The notes beneath the pieces are model-generated. The model had not been told where the DNA came from. It saw only the letters and a list, made by a program, of their open reading frames with translations, and searched no databases. From contig CM022673.1 in assembly GCA_012295275.1 (NCBI GenBank), positions 14,818,001 to 14,882,000 of the forward strand: a DNA stretch of 64,000 nt, read 5' to 3'. A program made the translations under genes and the position numbers. The stretch's first letter is position 1. Each line of letters begins with the position of its first letter. The stretch is from Chrysomallon squamiferum. Taxonomy: Eukaryota; Animalia; Mollusca. Of the stretch, positions 39,901 through 54,797 are shown one piece after another.

Positions 39901-41490
39901 GTACCAAGAGGACATGTGTGGTTGGAAGGTGACAACAAAAACAATTCCACAGACTCTCGGACATATGGACCAGTACCTTATGCTTTGTTAAGAAGTAGAG
40001 TGTTTTTCAAGGTAGTGAATGTTTACCAAATTTTCTTAATTGTTTCTCTGAGTCAGCTATTTGAGTAATCATTATAGAAAAACAAATGAAACGGCAGAAA
40101 ATAAATCATGTTTTCAACTAGTGGATATTTTTGTGAAAGGCTGTGTTTTGCTCATTGTGTCTTATTTGTCTCTGTGAGTTTGTGTGTGTGTCCATGTACA
40201 AGTTCTTTGAGTACAACAGATGTTATTCATTTGTTTTCTTAAATATATGATATATCTAAATGTCATAATGTACATAAAGTATTTTTTTTTTTAAATTCTT
40301 GCTGTGAAATCTTGCACACAAACTTGATGTAGATGTAACATCCTGTCTTTTAAACGTGTTAGCTGCTGCTGGGTGTGTATGGGCATATTGGGTTTATTTT
40401 TCAGTAGTAAGTAAATTACAAGTATAATCATTTAAAATATGCATCTGGTACATGACATAAATAATTTTATTTTTATTTTAATATTTTTTGATTCTTTGAT
40501 GCATCCAGTCATAGTCTGTGAGTTTTGTTGTATATTCCTTTAACAAAACACGTTGGTATTTTATCTGAAATAATTAGGTGCAAATTTCAAAAAAAATTGG
40601 ATTTCATAATGATTATAGCCTGAGAATACAATCTAAGTCTAAACATGAATTATATAAAAGTTCTTATACAGCTTGTACAAATTAGTCTGCAGGATTTTTT
40701 TTATAATCTTCTGCATTAAGTAAAGTTTCACTATGCAAAACAATAAAAAAAAACTGTAAGATGTTACTGTTTCAAATGCTTGGATAAACTTCATATCTCA
40801 GAGATTTTTGGATTTTGGAATTTCTGAATTCCAGATAAGAGATCCTCAACCTGTATATCTGTTGATATACATGTATTGTTATATATGTCACAACAGCAGT
40901 ATTTAGAAAATAAAATACTTGAGATTATACATATATCTAAGAGCAGATTTTTGTCTGTGATTCTACTCTCCAGTTTAGCTGTTTATAACAGTGTGGGGAG
41001 TAGAAACACCAGTGAGAGTGCTAGCAGGAAGTGTACAGGGTAGAGATATACCAGCCACTCTACACAGTGTTGACTTGTGTCCAGTTTTCTGGCTTTTATG
41101 TTAGCTTAAAAATGACCATGGTTGAATGAGTATGTCTTGTGTACATGTCTAACTTATCAGTTTATTTGTTATAACAAAACACAACAGTAAAATAAGAATA
41201 TGCATTTTTTTAGTTTTCGTTTCAGTCTGATGTTAAATGTATGCAAAAAGTCTTAACAGACTAAACTTCTGTATTTGAGAGAGTGAGAGAGAGAGGGAGG
41301 ACAATTTCATACACCACATATACTAATTTTATTGTCCCACTTTATTATTAGCAAATGTTGGCTTTAAGAAACAAGAAAACAGACTATATCAGAAAAGTAC
41401 ATTTTACACATGTAAAGAACATTTTTAAATCTTCTCTTTCAGATTTGGCCACCAGGAGACATAGGAAGTTTAAAGGATGTGATAAAATGA
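36934..41490 (+). CDS. IMMP1L: Mitochondrial inner membrane protease subunit 1. Exons 36934-37038, 37930-38018, 38937-39051, 39901-40011, 41443-41490.
   Basis: [22 protein letters not shown] (catalytic Ser), [15 protein letters not shown] (catalytic Lys), [25 protein letters not shown] and FFKIWPP. Confidence 0.96.
39022..39633 (+). repeat. 48-bp minisatellite (12 full copies plus 1 partial) made of the last 30 nt of IMMP1L exon 3 and the first 18 nt of the intron
   Basis: Unit tatggccacact(a/g)catacagaactagacta|gtaagtaattagtgaata. The copies are nearly identical. Confidence 0.98.
40640..40856 (-). mobile_element. Tigger/pogo-like (Tc1-mariner superfamily) MITE remnant
   Basis: Ends in gataagagatcctcaacctg|ta (reverse complement ta|caggttgaggatctcttatc), resembling Tigger-type TIRs with a TA target site. 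A related copy lies at 31780-31975. Confidence 0.55.
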
Positions 41491-44203
41491 CAGACAGACA
41501 GACATTCAGGTCATCAAACAGAGCTTTAATCATAGTCATGTCCACAGCAACCAGTGGTTAAAAATAAAACAATTTTTAAAATTTGTCCTCACTTTGTTCA
41601 TTTAGAAATCTAATCAACTTAAATATCAGGTATTGCAGTGACAAACATTAATAATATATTATTTAAATTAAAAATACATACATTCATTCACACCCACACC
41701 CACACACACACACACACTATGAAAATACAATAAGAGCACATCCCATCATAGCTTACAGGAAAAACCCAGCCTAAAGGACATCTAGTCTATGCAATTTTCT
41801 AAGATTTCCAAAGGATTTATGAACTAATTCAGTAAATGGAAAAGTTTTGTGAATGTTCTCAAAGGATATGTTACTTCTGAATTTTGGGGAATGTATTATT
41901 TTTCTGAAGTGTTAAACTTTTTACACATACTGAGAAAGGATACCTTCTAAATAATTTTAAAGTGATTTTTGACATGTATTTGTTTCTAGAAATGTATTTG
42001 TATTAAATATTGCATTATTTTGTAGATTTGTGAGAAATGATATTTTTGAAATAGTTTTAAATAGATTTAGAAATGTATTATTTTGTTCTAGAAATGTATT
42101 TTTATACATCTCTGAATGCTTTTGTATGTAGTTTTAAAATGTTTTATGTACAAAGGACCAAAGCACACTGTAATATACATTAGAATAATCAACTTTAAGT
42201 CAACTTGAATCCCTAGAGATAAAATTAGAATGGTCATTTTTTTTTAATAATAAAAAAAATGTCCTGTGCCAGTCAGTTTTGTAATTCTTAAATACATTCA
42301 TACAAACATATGTACATGTAAGTGCATTTTTAATTTACACACACACACACACACACACTGCACACATATACATAAACCACATAATACACACACACAAATT
42401 CATACATTAATACATACATTCATACAAGTATGTTTGTTTAATGAAACCAGCAAAAAAAAAAAAAAAAAAATTGTTTAATGAATGTAAAAAAAAAAAAAAA
42501 TGATTTAAAATAAGTGCATGTAAACAGCTGACTTATACCATATAACAAATGTATATATATTAATTTTTCAAATAAGATGTGGATGAATCTAAATGAAAAC
42601 TTCATTACAAAACTCATCTCTAACTGGCTTTAGGTCCAGATAATACAAAAACATGACGTAGTGTCAAGCATTTACAGCTTTCATGCTGAGGTCAAAGGTC
42701 CTTTTTCTAAATAAAAGTATGTGTTAGATAAACATGATCAATATGAGAGTGACAAGATTGCTTCGCCCTTTCTTGCTTGTATATAGGAGGACTGCATCTC
42801 CCAAAACTGGCTTCACAGAATGAAGCTTGTTAGTTCCTGCATTGTTCCAATCTCCTTACCATTAAGAGAAAATGTATTTGGTAATGTTTTGTTTGCAATC
42901 CAAATACGGGATACTCATATTAGCACAAGGATTACTAAGAAGTGTCTTAGTATACCTGGTTAAAGTTGAACCTGCACTTGTGAATGAACTGATCCTATAG
43001 AAAGCTTTACTAGAGAATTATGGACAGATTACTCTGAATTTCAATTTATATGTGGTCTATTATTTTTTGAAGTATTGAAAAACTTGTCCTTATACATGTA
43101 TATATTCTGTTATGCTTCAAAATTGTTGCTGGAAGAAAAAATGGGGGCAGTTGTCTGGTGGGCGATTGTTCTAGAATTGTCCTGGGCTTGTGTGCAGATC
43201 CATACAGAGTGCATCCATAATCTATTTTGATCTCACAACAGATCAGTATTTTTACATCACACAGGCATTAACAATTCAATAATAGAACAAAAAATGTGCG
43301 CCTTAAGTATTATAACAATGTTGTTCTTGTAACTGTTTTTTATTTTATAATTCTGCTGTAGGGCTACCTCTGGATGATGTAGTTAGAGAGTACAGTAGAG
43401 ATCGGTTACAAAAACAAGAACAAACGGTGGCTTGTGTTCCTTTGTCAATGTGAAGTGTCACAGACTTCATCCATTTTACTCAGTTCTGTTGTTTTTTTTA
43501 AATTAAATTCAGCCCAAATCTGTTAAGTATTTTAGATAGTTAATTGTCTGCTATATCTGTGTCATAATAACATTTATCACATTATAGTGATATCTGAAAA
43601 GTAAATTCTTCTATTTTACATACCTTATAAAATGTATTTGACTGTTCAAATCTTCAGGCTTTAGTAATTAATTTGTTGACTATAATTAGTAATGTGTGTG
43701 TTTTCATTATTAGGAAGGAAAAATACATATTCATTAAACACGTGTGCATGCACACACAAACACACACACAGACACACAGACACACAGCTGTTTGGAAACT
43801 GCCATCTTGAACTGCTGGTCAGTTTCCTTGTACTTACAAAAATAATTTTTTATAGATGTTATATTTCCAGTATATGCCAAAGTTAGCTTGATCTGCTTTG
43901 TCATTTATTTTATTTATAGAAATTCATTTTTTGTAAAACATTTTATTATGAATATAAAAAAACAACATAAAAATCAAAAATATTTTTATTTCTTAAAATA
44001 AATGTTATACATCAAATTATATTTTTTCAGGAAATATATGTGTATATAAAATAAAAATACACAGTATGGTAAAAATTATGCAGGGTGCAAAAATAAACTT
44101 GTTAAAAATAGCTTGATATCAATGTGGTCACAGAAGAAAATAAACGAGGTAAAATCTCAAATTTTCTCATAACATTATCACTGTAGAAGCAGCATGAAGT
44201 GAA

Positions 44204-44569
44204 GGGAAAACTGGGGACCAATGACCATGGGAACCTTTAAGCCACCCCATAAACTCCTGACTGCAAAATGGTAGACATCTATCCTCCCTCAATGCAACTA
44301 CCACACGTGACCTTACCATTGTTTAGAGAACTTTGGAGCAGTCTATCAACAAACCAGTAATAAATTATTTTTATGTGTTTTGATTACAATTTAATATTGA
44401 GATGATAATACATATTTGTTTTCTGTTAGTAATTTCTTTTGACTTCTAAATACAGTTTTAGTCAGTCACCATGTGGTTCTCTGGTACACTGGACTAACAT
44501 AATGAAAGTGGTTCTTCTGGGTGAATTGGCCAAATATCCTAAAAATGGCTCATTGGTCCCCAGTTTCCC
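44204..44569. mobile_element. MITE with ~21-bp terminal inverted repeats, Kolobok-like (TTAA-type flank, GG...CC termini)
   Basis: tgaa|gggaaaactggggaccaatga ... tcattggtccccagtttccc|ttaa. Confidence 0.75.
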
Positions 44570-46812
44570 TTAACATTCAATACAGTGGAAATGTAAAAAA
44601 AGAAAGAAAGAACATGTTTATCTCTGTAATTTGAGTACCCAATATGCAAAACAACACCTGAATGTTATTTGAATTGTAAGTATTGTGCAAAACACAAATC
44701 CTAATTCCTATGAAAAACAAGGAGAATAAACACAACATCCACAAATATCACTGTAAACATAAAAATGGTTTTAAAATAACTAAAGAGTGTCCATTTGTAT
44801 GGTGAACTGTATATGTTATCATTTTCAAGAACTGGATTACACCATTTCTCTGAAAGGAAAGCCCTTGCAATAAGCAATAAAACAATACACCACTAGCTGC
44901 TCTAAGGAAAATGTTTCATCCTTCAATAAAAAATATTTTCCACAATACAGATATCACATTGGCAGTATCATAGAAAACATGTTTTGAAAGCTTTTAATAA
45001 TATAATTTAAAAAAATATTCTAAATGTATATTGCCCAACAGTTTTTTCCAAAATTATCAGTTTATAGACATGAAATTGCAAAATTGAGCATACAAGAGAA
45101 ATATAAGACAAAGTTTAAACATACACTATATTGCACCAGGCAAGAGATAAAACCTTTACTGATTTAAAAGAGAACATTCATGTTCAAATAGGTTATTAAA
45201 AAGTTTGTTTCTGTCATCCCCATATTAAACCAAAATAATTCACAACTTCAAAAATATTGTTTTCTCCATTACATATACAGCTGTTTATAATTTAATTTTA
45301 TGTAACCTTAATGATAACTGAGTAATGTATGTATATGTTAAGTAAATGGTGATGATATTTAATTAAAAAATAAATGTCTTTTAAAGATAAAGATATTTAG
45401 TGTTAAAGGAATGAATGAGCACTTATTAAAATACACCCGATTTTTGTGGTTTTTAAAAAACAATTCATGAATGTTTCTACAAATACAACATAATAATTTG
45501 TAGTTATAAATGCTCCAACACATCTGTTTTTGTAATAATATTCATATTTGAATATGGAATAAAAATGTACAGGTAAAAGTAGCCAAAAAATAGTGACAAT
45601 ATGGATCTTACAAAAATTTAAAATATAAAAAATTCATAAATCTCAGCAAATATATATTTCAACAGCTTGTAAATTTACAGATTAGTTTCATATTATGCAG
45701 AGTAAGGCACTAAAATTTAAACATCTCTTCAAAGACATTAACTCTCTCCATTCAGCACTGCTGAACAAATAATTAAAAATATAAGAAAGAACAAAATGTT
45801 TATACTACGGACAGTAACAGATGAAGTCAATTAAAAATTAATCATTATACAAAATTGTAACAGTGAAAATCTTCATACCTGATCCCATTATGACGGAGTT
45901 AGAACAAAACTTTATACTGTTTTTAAATAGGACACATTTGAGCACATTATTTCAAATTGTGGTTGTATAAATCTTTTGACTAAAATTAACCATAATCATT
46001 TTAAAATAAAATAAAATAAAACAAAATAAAATAAAATAATGAAATATGAAAGACATGATTTAAATGAAATAATTTGTTTCTGAAATCCAAGTCTCAGTTA
46101 ATATCTCACATCATTATTTTTTCAGTATTTATCTTCATCTTCTGTTACTTTATTATTTTTATTGTTATTATTATTATTATTATTATTACAATTTACTTCA
46201 TGATTATTTTCCATTTCATTTCAGCATCCTTTCATCCTAATCTGCATTATTTATAAATAAATAATTAAAAATATGTAAGGTAATTAATGCTCCAACACTG
46301 TTATTGGACAGTAAAACATTTTTTAAATATTTTTAAAAATTATATAATTACACACGTAATAATTTATGATTAATAATCTGAAGACTGAATTAAACAACAT
46401 TATTATCTGCCAGTACTAATGAAAAAAACAAAAAGTTAAAAATCTTAGAATTGTCCAAATTAAATATATATTAATAATTATTGCAATGCAATGCTGAAAA
46501 CTATATTTTAATCAGTAAAATAAAAATACTGAAAGTTTTTTGTAGCAAAGTATTAAATATACAAAAGCAGGCAGTAATATATCAAAACCTTCACCAAAAA
46601 TAATTTTAAACGGATTTCTAATTATATTTTGCAGTGGAATGGTATTTTTTCTTAGAAAAAGCTTGCGATGGGGTGGGCTGTATTTCACATGAAAAATGAT
46701 AAGGAATGTGCTAAAACCAAGAGAACTGTAACCCAGTTTATAGAGTAAAAATTCCTGTGTTAGAAAGTTTGTAAAATGATTTAAGTATTCACACTGCATA
46801 TGTTGACACACA

Positions 46813-49800
46813 TTACTTGAGATCAAAAACTTGATCTCTCCTTCGAAAATATTCTTTAAACCGCGTCACACTGTATCTGAAAGAAAAATACAACAAATAT
46901 ATTTGACAAATTTTTCTTATTTCTTTTTTTACAATAGAAAAAAATCATAAAAAATCAAACACATATATATTCATGTCAAATCTGCATGAATCAAAAATGC
47001 TTGTTTAACATACTTTAAATTTAGTTTTTAAAAACTACAAAATTTTGTAAAAGAACAAGTCATGTTTTAATGTTTTTTTTGGGGTGGGTTTGTTGATCTT
47101 TAAAATGACTATGTGACATTCAACACTTCATTAGAAACAGTTTTAATTTACAAATTAGCTATTATGTTTATGTGTTAGTATTTCTGCAAGTGTAATAGAA
47201 ACGTGTACATATTTATTCTTTAGTTTCAAAAAGACTGACAGGAATTATCTGGAATTGGTAAATAATACAAAAACAACCTGCAGTGAATTTCTTTTATTAA
47301 GCTTGTTACAATATAAAAAATGAAATAAACTCACTCCAGGAAATCAAAGTCAATCTCAGAATACTCGGCTTGAATCAGTGCCCACACTCCCCATAAGAAA
47401 TGTGATGCCTGGAATGGAAATGTGTAGCTTTACTCTTCAATGTGCATGCACAAAAAGGAAAATAGAAGAGATTATTTTTGGTCAAAGGTTACATCAGCTA
47501 GGTGGTTTGTATTTGTCACAGGAATTTTGCCAGAGTGAAGGAATCACAGCAGGCTGGAAAGGTAAACAGATCAAAGGTTTTAAGATTTACTAACAAAAAT
47601 GTAATATTCACCAGAGAACACAGATTGACCATCACATAGAAACTTTGAACATCCTCATCTGTCACTTCCAATGGATTGTCTTGTGTAAACTTGTTGAAGT
47701 AGTCTAAATATGTTCGTATCCATGACAACTGTTGTTGTTCACTAGGATACCATTTGTAATCAATTTCCTCCATACCTAAATAATAATTTTTTTTTTAAAA
47801 TTTAAATAAAAAAAGAGGACAGTCATTTAAATAACAAAAATGCTGAATAATAAGTTGAAATCTAAAAAGATTTATATTACTTTTATTTAATTATTTTTTC
47901 AAATGACCATTATTAAGTTAAAAAATAAATAAAAACATTAAACATCTTAAAAACATTCTAAAGCATCTGAAAAGTCTAAATGTCACTTAATGCTGTTACA
48001 ACAATCTCTAACTGTGACAATACAAATAAGCTGCTAAAAGCAATTCTTATACTTCCAATTTATCATTTCACATTTTTTCAGTGACCTTTCATTGCTAAAT
48101 AAAAACAAATTCGTATTAGAAAATAATATGGCTGTTAGCATACAACTTAATGCCATCATTTTATCCCTCTGCAACTTGAGACATGACACATTGCCTTTAC
48201 GTGACAAACTAATAGTGGCATATATTTCTCTGCTTTAGTTAAAACATTTCCTTACTGAAAGATACAACTTAAAAAATAAACATGTAAGCCTATTTAAGTA
48301 AGCATATTGTCAGATTTTCTAATTTAATACTACAAAGGCAGTGAAATAAGTCAATTAAAAAGTATAACACAAAAATTTTCTAAGTGATGATACTGCTGAC
48401 TACAAGTTCATGCTTAATGAAAGGAAATAAACTATTATTATATTAAAATAGAATATTGTACAAATTAGCATTTTTATTCATGTTACCATTTATTGCATAA
48501 GATTTTCCATTTCTTCCATAGATACTGACTAGACATATCAACCATTGATTCTAGCGAGATGAGTGAACTCATTTTCAGGCAGGAAATTTAAAAGGTGTTA
48601 ATAAATTATATGTTGACTGGTCACTATATCATAATAGTATAAAAATTATGCAGTGGCAATTTGAATGCAGACCACTGTTGCCATAAATTTTATTTTTATG
48701 TCAATACACTGAAACAAAAATTTATATGTAAATAAAATGCAACTATAATATAGAGTTCTGTAGAAAAGTAATGTTTTTAATCTAAGTTTTGTTCACTGAA
48801 AGTCCCTATTTTCATTCTTTAACCCACCATATACATTTACTTTAAATGAATAATATACTGATTTGTAAAAATATTTGTTTATTCTTCATTATTTTTAAAT
48901 AACTTCACTGTAAAAAAAATAAAAAAAATAAAAAAGTATTTTAAAATATCAGTTAAGATAAGATAACAAATAAAATTATTGATTTGGAAGTATGCAGAAT
49001 ATATTTAGATTATTTATCTGTATCATAAATGGTACATTTTATGTTAATGTTCCACATATGCACTGATGCAGTGAAAATATACTAACCTACATATTCATTG
49101 AAATGATTTCCAATATCAAATGGTTGGTAATTGTAAAAGGTATATTCATAGTCAATGAAACAAACTTTATCTGGAAAGAAAAGAAAAGATTTCATATTAA
49201 ATCTACAAAAATATTCTTTGTCTACAGCAAATGATATTAGAGATTGTAAATAAAACATAAAAATGATATCTATCATTATCTATTAGAGATAGTTTTGTTA
49301 ATAGAACCTGCAAGTGATGTTATAAAGAGATAGAGGTGGTAAATAATAGCTACATGTGATGCTATGAATACTGCAACAGGTACAAACATGTGATGACACA
49401 GAGAGTGAGAACACGCACACATACCAGCAGTGTAACACATACTGTAAATACATATATAAGTGATATACACATATGAACACTCCAGTCATGTAACATAATT
49501 GTGAACAGATTTCACACATATTAAAACAGACACCACACATATTACATACAGATCCATACCAGTGATATAATGTATATATTTTAAATTAATACTGTAAACA
49601 AACATTATACCAGTGACTGTAAACACACATCCCTGTAGTATACAAAAAGGTTACAGATATTGTAAACAGACATCCACATATAAAAAGGTTACAGATATTT
49701 TAAACAGACACCTACATATAAAAAGGTTTCAGACACCTACCACAGGTTTCGTCATAGAGTATATTCTGCAGTAGTAAGTCATTGTGGCTGTAAACAACAG

Positions 49801-52800
49801 GGCAGTCCATTTTTTCAAGATGTCTTGTTAAAACAGCAAACTCTTCCTGTAAGTTCTTCTTTGATCCCAGGTTTTCCTCAAATCTAGAAAAACATCAGCA
49901 GAAAACTGTAATTTCTAATTTCTGTACATTCAAGATTATCCTTTATGTGTATTTGCTATTTCTAACATTAAAAGATATTCTGAACAAAAATAGTTTGCTT
50001 TTATCTTTCATTACCCAAGCAGTACTAGTACTTCCCATTAATAATGTGACTTGTTCTAACTCACTTCAGTACCAGACATAAGTGAGACATAAGTGCAGTA
50101 AATATGAAAGCCATCTTTTTGTTTAGCATTGTGTAGTTATTCACCCTGAGTGTGTACAAAATCAATTAACACACTGGAATTATCCTTCTTTTTATGTAAC
50201 TTACACTGATTCCAAAAATTCAGAATTTTATATAATGTTTGATTTTATCTTTCTCATTATATACTTCATTAATTGAATGTACATGTAGTTACATAGCCAC
50301 GTCATTCTAGTTCCTGTCAGGGATCAAAAAATATATAAATAAATAAACAATTCCATGACCAGCAAATTATTTTTTGTTCTATTTTTACATTCACATTTAC
50401 TCATGAATTTGGCAATGTTCAGACCTCAGAATAAAAAGTTACTTTTAATGGAGTGTGTTTTGCACTCCTTTTTTTCCCATTATTATTAGAATAAATATAA
50501 AATTAATAAAATACAAAAAAAATAAGGTTCTAAAATATAATTTGGGTAATAATTAAAACATGAAATAATGGAATAATTAAAACAGTAGAAATTTGGGGGT
50601 AGTTTGTGGCTGCGTATTGTTAAACTTCCTTTCATAATAAAATACTGATAAAGAATTCTAATATCAAACAATTTGTTGTTTTTGTATAGAAATTCATCAT
50701 AATTTAACAGCTTGATACATTTAAATATGAAAGCCAGAAATATTTATGGATTCAGCACTGTGTAAACACATTTCACAAAGAGTCTAATTGTGCATTGTTA
50801 ATGCATATCGGTATTAACAGCAACTGCTGAAATGTATTTCACAGTGTTTATTGTTATTATTATTATTATTATTATTTTCAAATATTTCTAGTACTTTTTA
50901 AATTACTAATTGTATGTGTTTAAACAAATGTCATTATGACAAATGTTGCAAAAAGATTTGATTTAAATACAAAAGGCATATACATCAACATTGAAAATAG
51001 GAGAAACTGACATAATAAGATGACATGTACATCAGTTATAAACAATGGACAGTAAATATATGAGGTATGCTAAACAATGCAAACAAAACACTGTTGAAGA
51101 CATTTTTAACACATTTTCACATGTGCATCTCTGTTATTCAGTAATATCTATTTTGTGACAGAAATCAATATGTATGTATGTGTGTTTGTGTATATGTCTG
51201 TGTGTGTGCGTGCGTGTATGGTGAACCAAAAGCATATGGACAACAGGTTAAGTGTGTTACTGCATTGTCTGTATTGTACTGTTATCAATTTTAAATCATT
51301 TAGTGATAAGCAGAAGATTAGGTGTATTACATGCAGCTATTGTCATTTATATCTTAGACTGCCATGGCCAAGAAGTTAATTATAACTATAGTGGTTGTGT
51401 TGTATTAGTATAAATTAATGGGGTTTTTTTTTTTTTTTTGCATTATTGTATAAAATTTATTATAATAATAATAAATAAAAAAATAATAATATTTATACGT
51501 AATCTCAAAATAAACACTAACATTTACTCTCTACCTACTTTTGGGTAACCCTGCGTGTATGTGTGTGTGTACAAAACAAACTGTTAAAAATAACGACCAA
51601 AAATACTTGAGAAACTGAAATATTATAAACTCACTTTTTTTGCATTTCTGGATCTGAAAATTTTTCTGGACAATGGCTGAAAAAGATTTCCATTTTCTTG
51701 AAGTAGTACAGCACGTTTTCACCAACAGCAGGGCCCTTCAGAGAATGAAGTTTGGCCATTTCTTTTGCTATCAGTCTTTAAAAAGAATAAAACAAACAGA
51801 ATCAATATAATTTAAATTAAACAAACAAAAAAAAAAAAAAAAATCAAATAAAGGAACAAAAACACAGTAACAAAGGAAATGTCAAAATAATTTGATGTTG
51901 GCAAGAGATATATATTTAATTCATATAATGATAAGATATATTAGATCTACTAAACGAACCTCTGGATCTTTTTATCATAAACTGCCATTTCTTGTGTGAG
52001 TGGTTTCCCCTTCAGATAGCCATAAGCCATTCCATTTGTAAATGTGCAGTACACAGGGGCAGAACAACCAGCTGCATGAAGAATTCTGAAAGCTTCTAAT
52101 TCTGCCTTACGATCAATGAACAGTTCAGTTTTCTGACCATAAATTCGAATCAATACCATGTCATCAGCATCAGTAGGACAATAACAACCAAACAGAAAAT
52201 TTGATATACCTGTTGTGAAGTACTGAAAAAAATGTTTTGTTTATATTCAGGAGTCTCTGTTGTAACACATTATGTTGTTAAGCTAAAATCTTAAATAAAA
52301 ACATATACAATCACATAAACACATAATTTTAAATATTTTTAACATATTTTATTAGTTTTAAAAAAAATAAGTTATCATAACCGTATTTATAATTATTAAA
52401 AATAAATATGTCATCTCAACCATATTTATTATTTTTTTAAAATGTCAGTCACCTTATGTTATTCTATTCTCATTTAATTTCAGATGAATGCTGAAAACAA
52501 ATTTAAAAATACATGCCAAATTACCCTTAACTCTTTTAAATAAACAAACAAAAACAAACTGAAAAAATTCCTGATATTTCTTGTCACTTATTTTTGATGT
52601 TAAAAAAATAAAAAAATAAAAAATAAAATAATAATAATAATAATAATGTGGTATGTTTCCAGGTTTATACATTTATGGTTTTATGAATTATTTTCTCTAC
52701 ATGAATGAACATCTTTGGCATGGCAAACAGGTACTATATAATACATACCCTATAGACGTGTGCATGTCCTCCATAAAATCTTTATTTTTGTTAATTTGCT

Positions 52801-53821
52801 GTACATCACCTTTCAAGTCTTTAAATTGATTTTTTCCCTTTTCATGTTTTACACCTAACTTGTTTTCTAAAAAGTACTAAATAAATAATTTAAAAATGTG
52901 TGTGTGTGTGTGTGTGTTTGTGTGTTAGAAATAAAAGCATTCCTAATCTGCAAGTATTTTAAACTAATCCAACAAAAATTTGAAAACCTAACTTTCCATT
53001 CAGTGTGAATAGATTTCTGCTTTCTACACTAAATTTTGTTTTCTTTGTTTTTCTTTTGTCAAACATTTAAAAAAATGTATATTCTTTTTACAGCTTATTC
53101 TCAATAACAAGTTATAACCAATAAATTAAATGCTGAATTTGTCAGAGAAAGAAGAAAATTGGATACGAGAAAAATAAATAAATCCTGTCATCTGATATTA
53201 GATAAACAAAATCACTGATCGTGTATGACAAGCCTTTGTATCAACAGGCTTAAATAATTTGATAGTGAGTTCACAGTATATGTAGGTCCTATTATATAAA
53301 TCTCAAAATATATTTAAGTATGGTCAATATCTCATGTTTCAAAAAAGTCTATTTCATAAACAATCAAGTAATTTTTACTTACAAACTAGCAACGTTAACT
53401 TTTTTATAACAAATAAAGCATATACCTGCTGAATTTCAAAACAATGTCATTCAAGCTAAGAACAAGAATACAGTTATGAAAAATAATAATTAATATAATA
53501 ACCACAATGCTAATGCATAGCTGGAGTCACATTTATACAACTAAGCTATAAAAGATCGAACACATTAATCAACATGATTTTTTTTTTTTTTTTTTCTTTT
53601 CTATAATATTATGATTTACACCTGCAAATATGTAGTCATTAAGTCAAGTCATACGATTAATTTAATGAATTTAAGAATGTTCTTGATACCTTCAGCTGAA
53701 TATCTGTCCTGGTCCATGAAGGTTTCAATTTGCAAACTAGATTCAATGCCTGTTCATCTGGTTTAAGTCTGTCAATCGTGATATCAAAATGTGAAATATC
53801 GCTTCCACTGTTTTCATTCAT
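46813..53821 (-). CDS. ETNK1: Ethanolamine kinase. Exons 53821-53690, 52222-51960, 51775-51635, 49883-49741, 49170-49087, 47775-47612, 47408-47335, 46876-46813.
   Basis: FTTGISN, VLIRIYGQKTELFIDRKAE, Brenner motif VVYSHNDLLLQNIL, CK/EK motif FIDYEY..YNYQPFDIGNHFNEYVG, SHFLWGVWALIQ and IDFDFLEY. Confidence 0.95.
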
Positions 53822-54152
53822 TTTGCAAAAATAGTTGCAGACGATGTGAAATTACTCTGTACCCATTATCAGCCTCGTTCTGAATGCTCGATAAGCTTTA
53901 AAAATAAAAAAAATAAAAATAAAATGTGTGACCTTCACCTTGCTTTTTCTTTACTTTTTTTACGTGGGGTTTTGTTTGTTTGTTGTTTGTTATTATTTTT
54001 TTTTATTATTTTCTTTTTTGGTTTGTTTCTTTTTTTCTTCTCGTTTAGAGTAATAAAATAAAATGCATAAAGTTTTATTTTATTTTATTCATTATTATTA
54101 TAATCGTAAGATTAATCACCAACGTCATCATTACTACTATACTACTACAATT

Positions 54153-54185
<33 letters not shown>

Positions 54186-54765
54186 TAAAATCACCTGGCT
54201 TGTTAAAAGTATCATCAGCTAAAAATATCACCGAACATCTAAGGAAAAAGGTTCATAGGATAATGTTGACGGTATCGTCTCCGATATATTGAGAGGTCAA
54301 GTGTTTGTGTGGCAGTATGAACATCTATTTAAAAATGTTAAATTTAACTTTGAATACCAACCATGCCATTATACAAATTAATTCTTCATCCAAAAGGTTT
54401 CCGGTTGGTTACACAATGTAACGATGTTGCTCAGTGCAGAAACAGTAAAAATATATCTTTAATTTTATTTTATTTTTTTATTTTTTTTCCCCTCATTGGT
54501 CTTTTTTTTTTTATCGTGAATATTTTTTCTGCTTCACCGACTTGTTTTTTTTGTTTTGATTTTTTTTTTCAGTTTGATTTATGTTTTCGGTTGGGTTCAT
54601 CGCCTCGGTAAACGTAGAATTGTGGTGCTCTCTAATCATTTATAAGAACGGACAAAATGCTATTTTTGAAATTATTGAAATGGGATGCTAAAAAGATGAT
54701 GACTAATGTGTATTTAACGATGCCAATAAAGTCTGCATTGTCCGTGACCTAGTCAGTTTCTTTTA

Positions 54766-54797
<32 letters not shown>

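Noticed and set aside
51531-51775. Suspected frameshift in ETNK exon 3 suggested by the ORF track
   Set aside because: The true frame (LIAKEMAKLHSLKGPAVGENVLYYFKKMEIFF...) is open and phase-consistent. The listed ORF is another frame.
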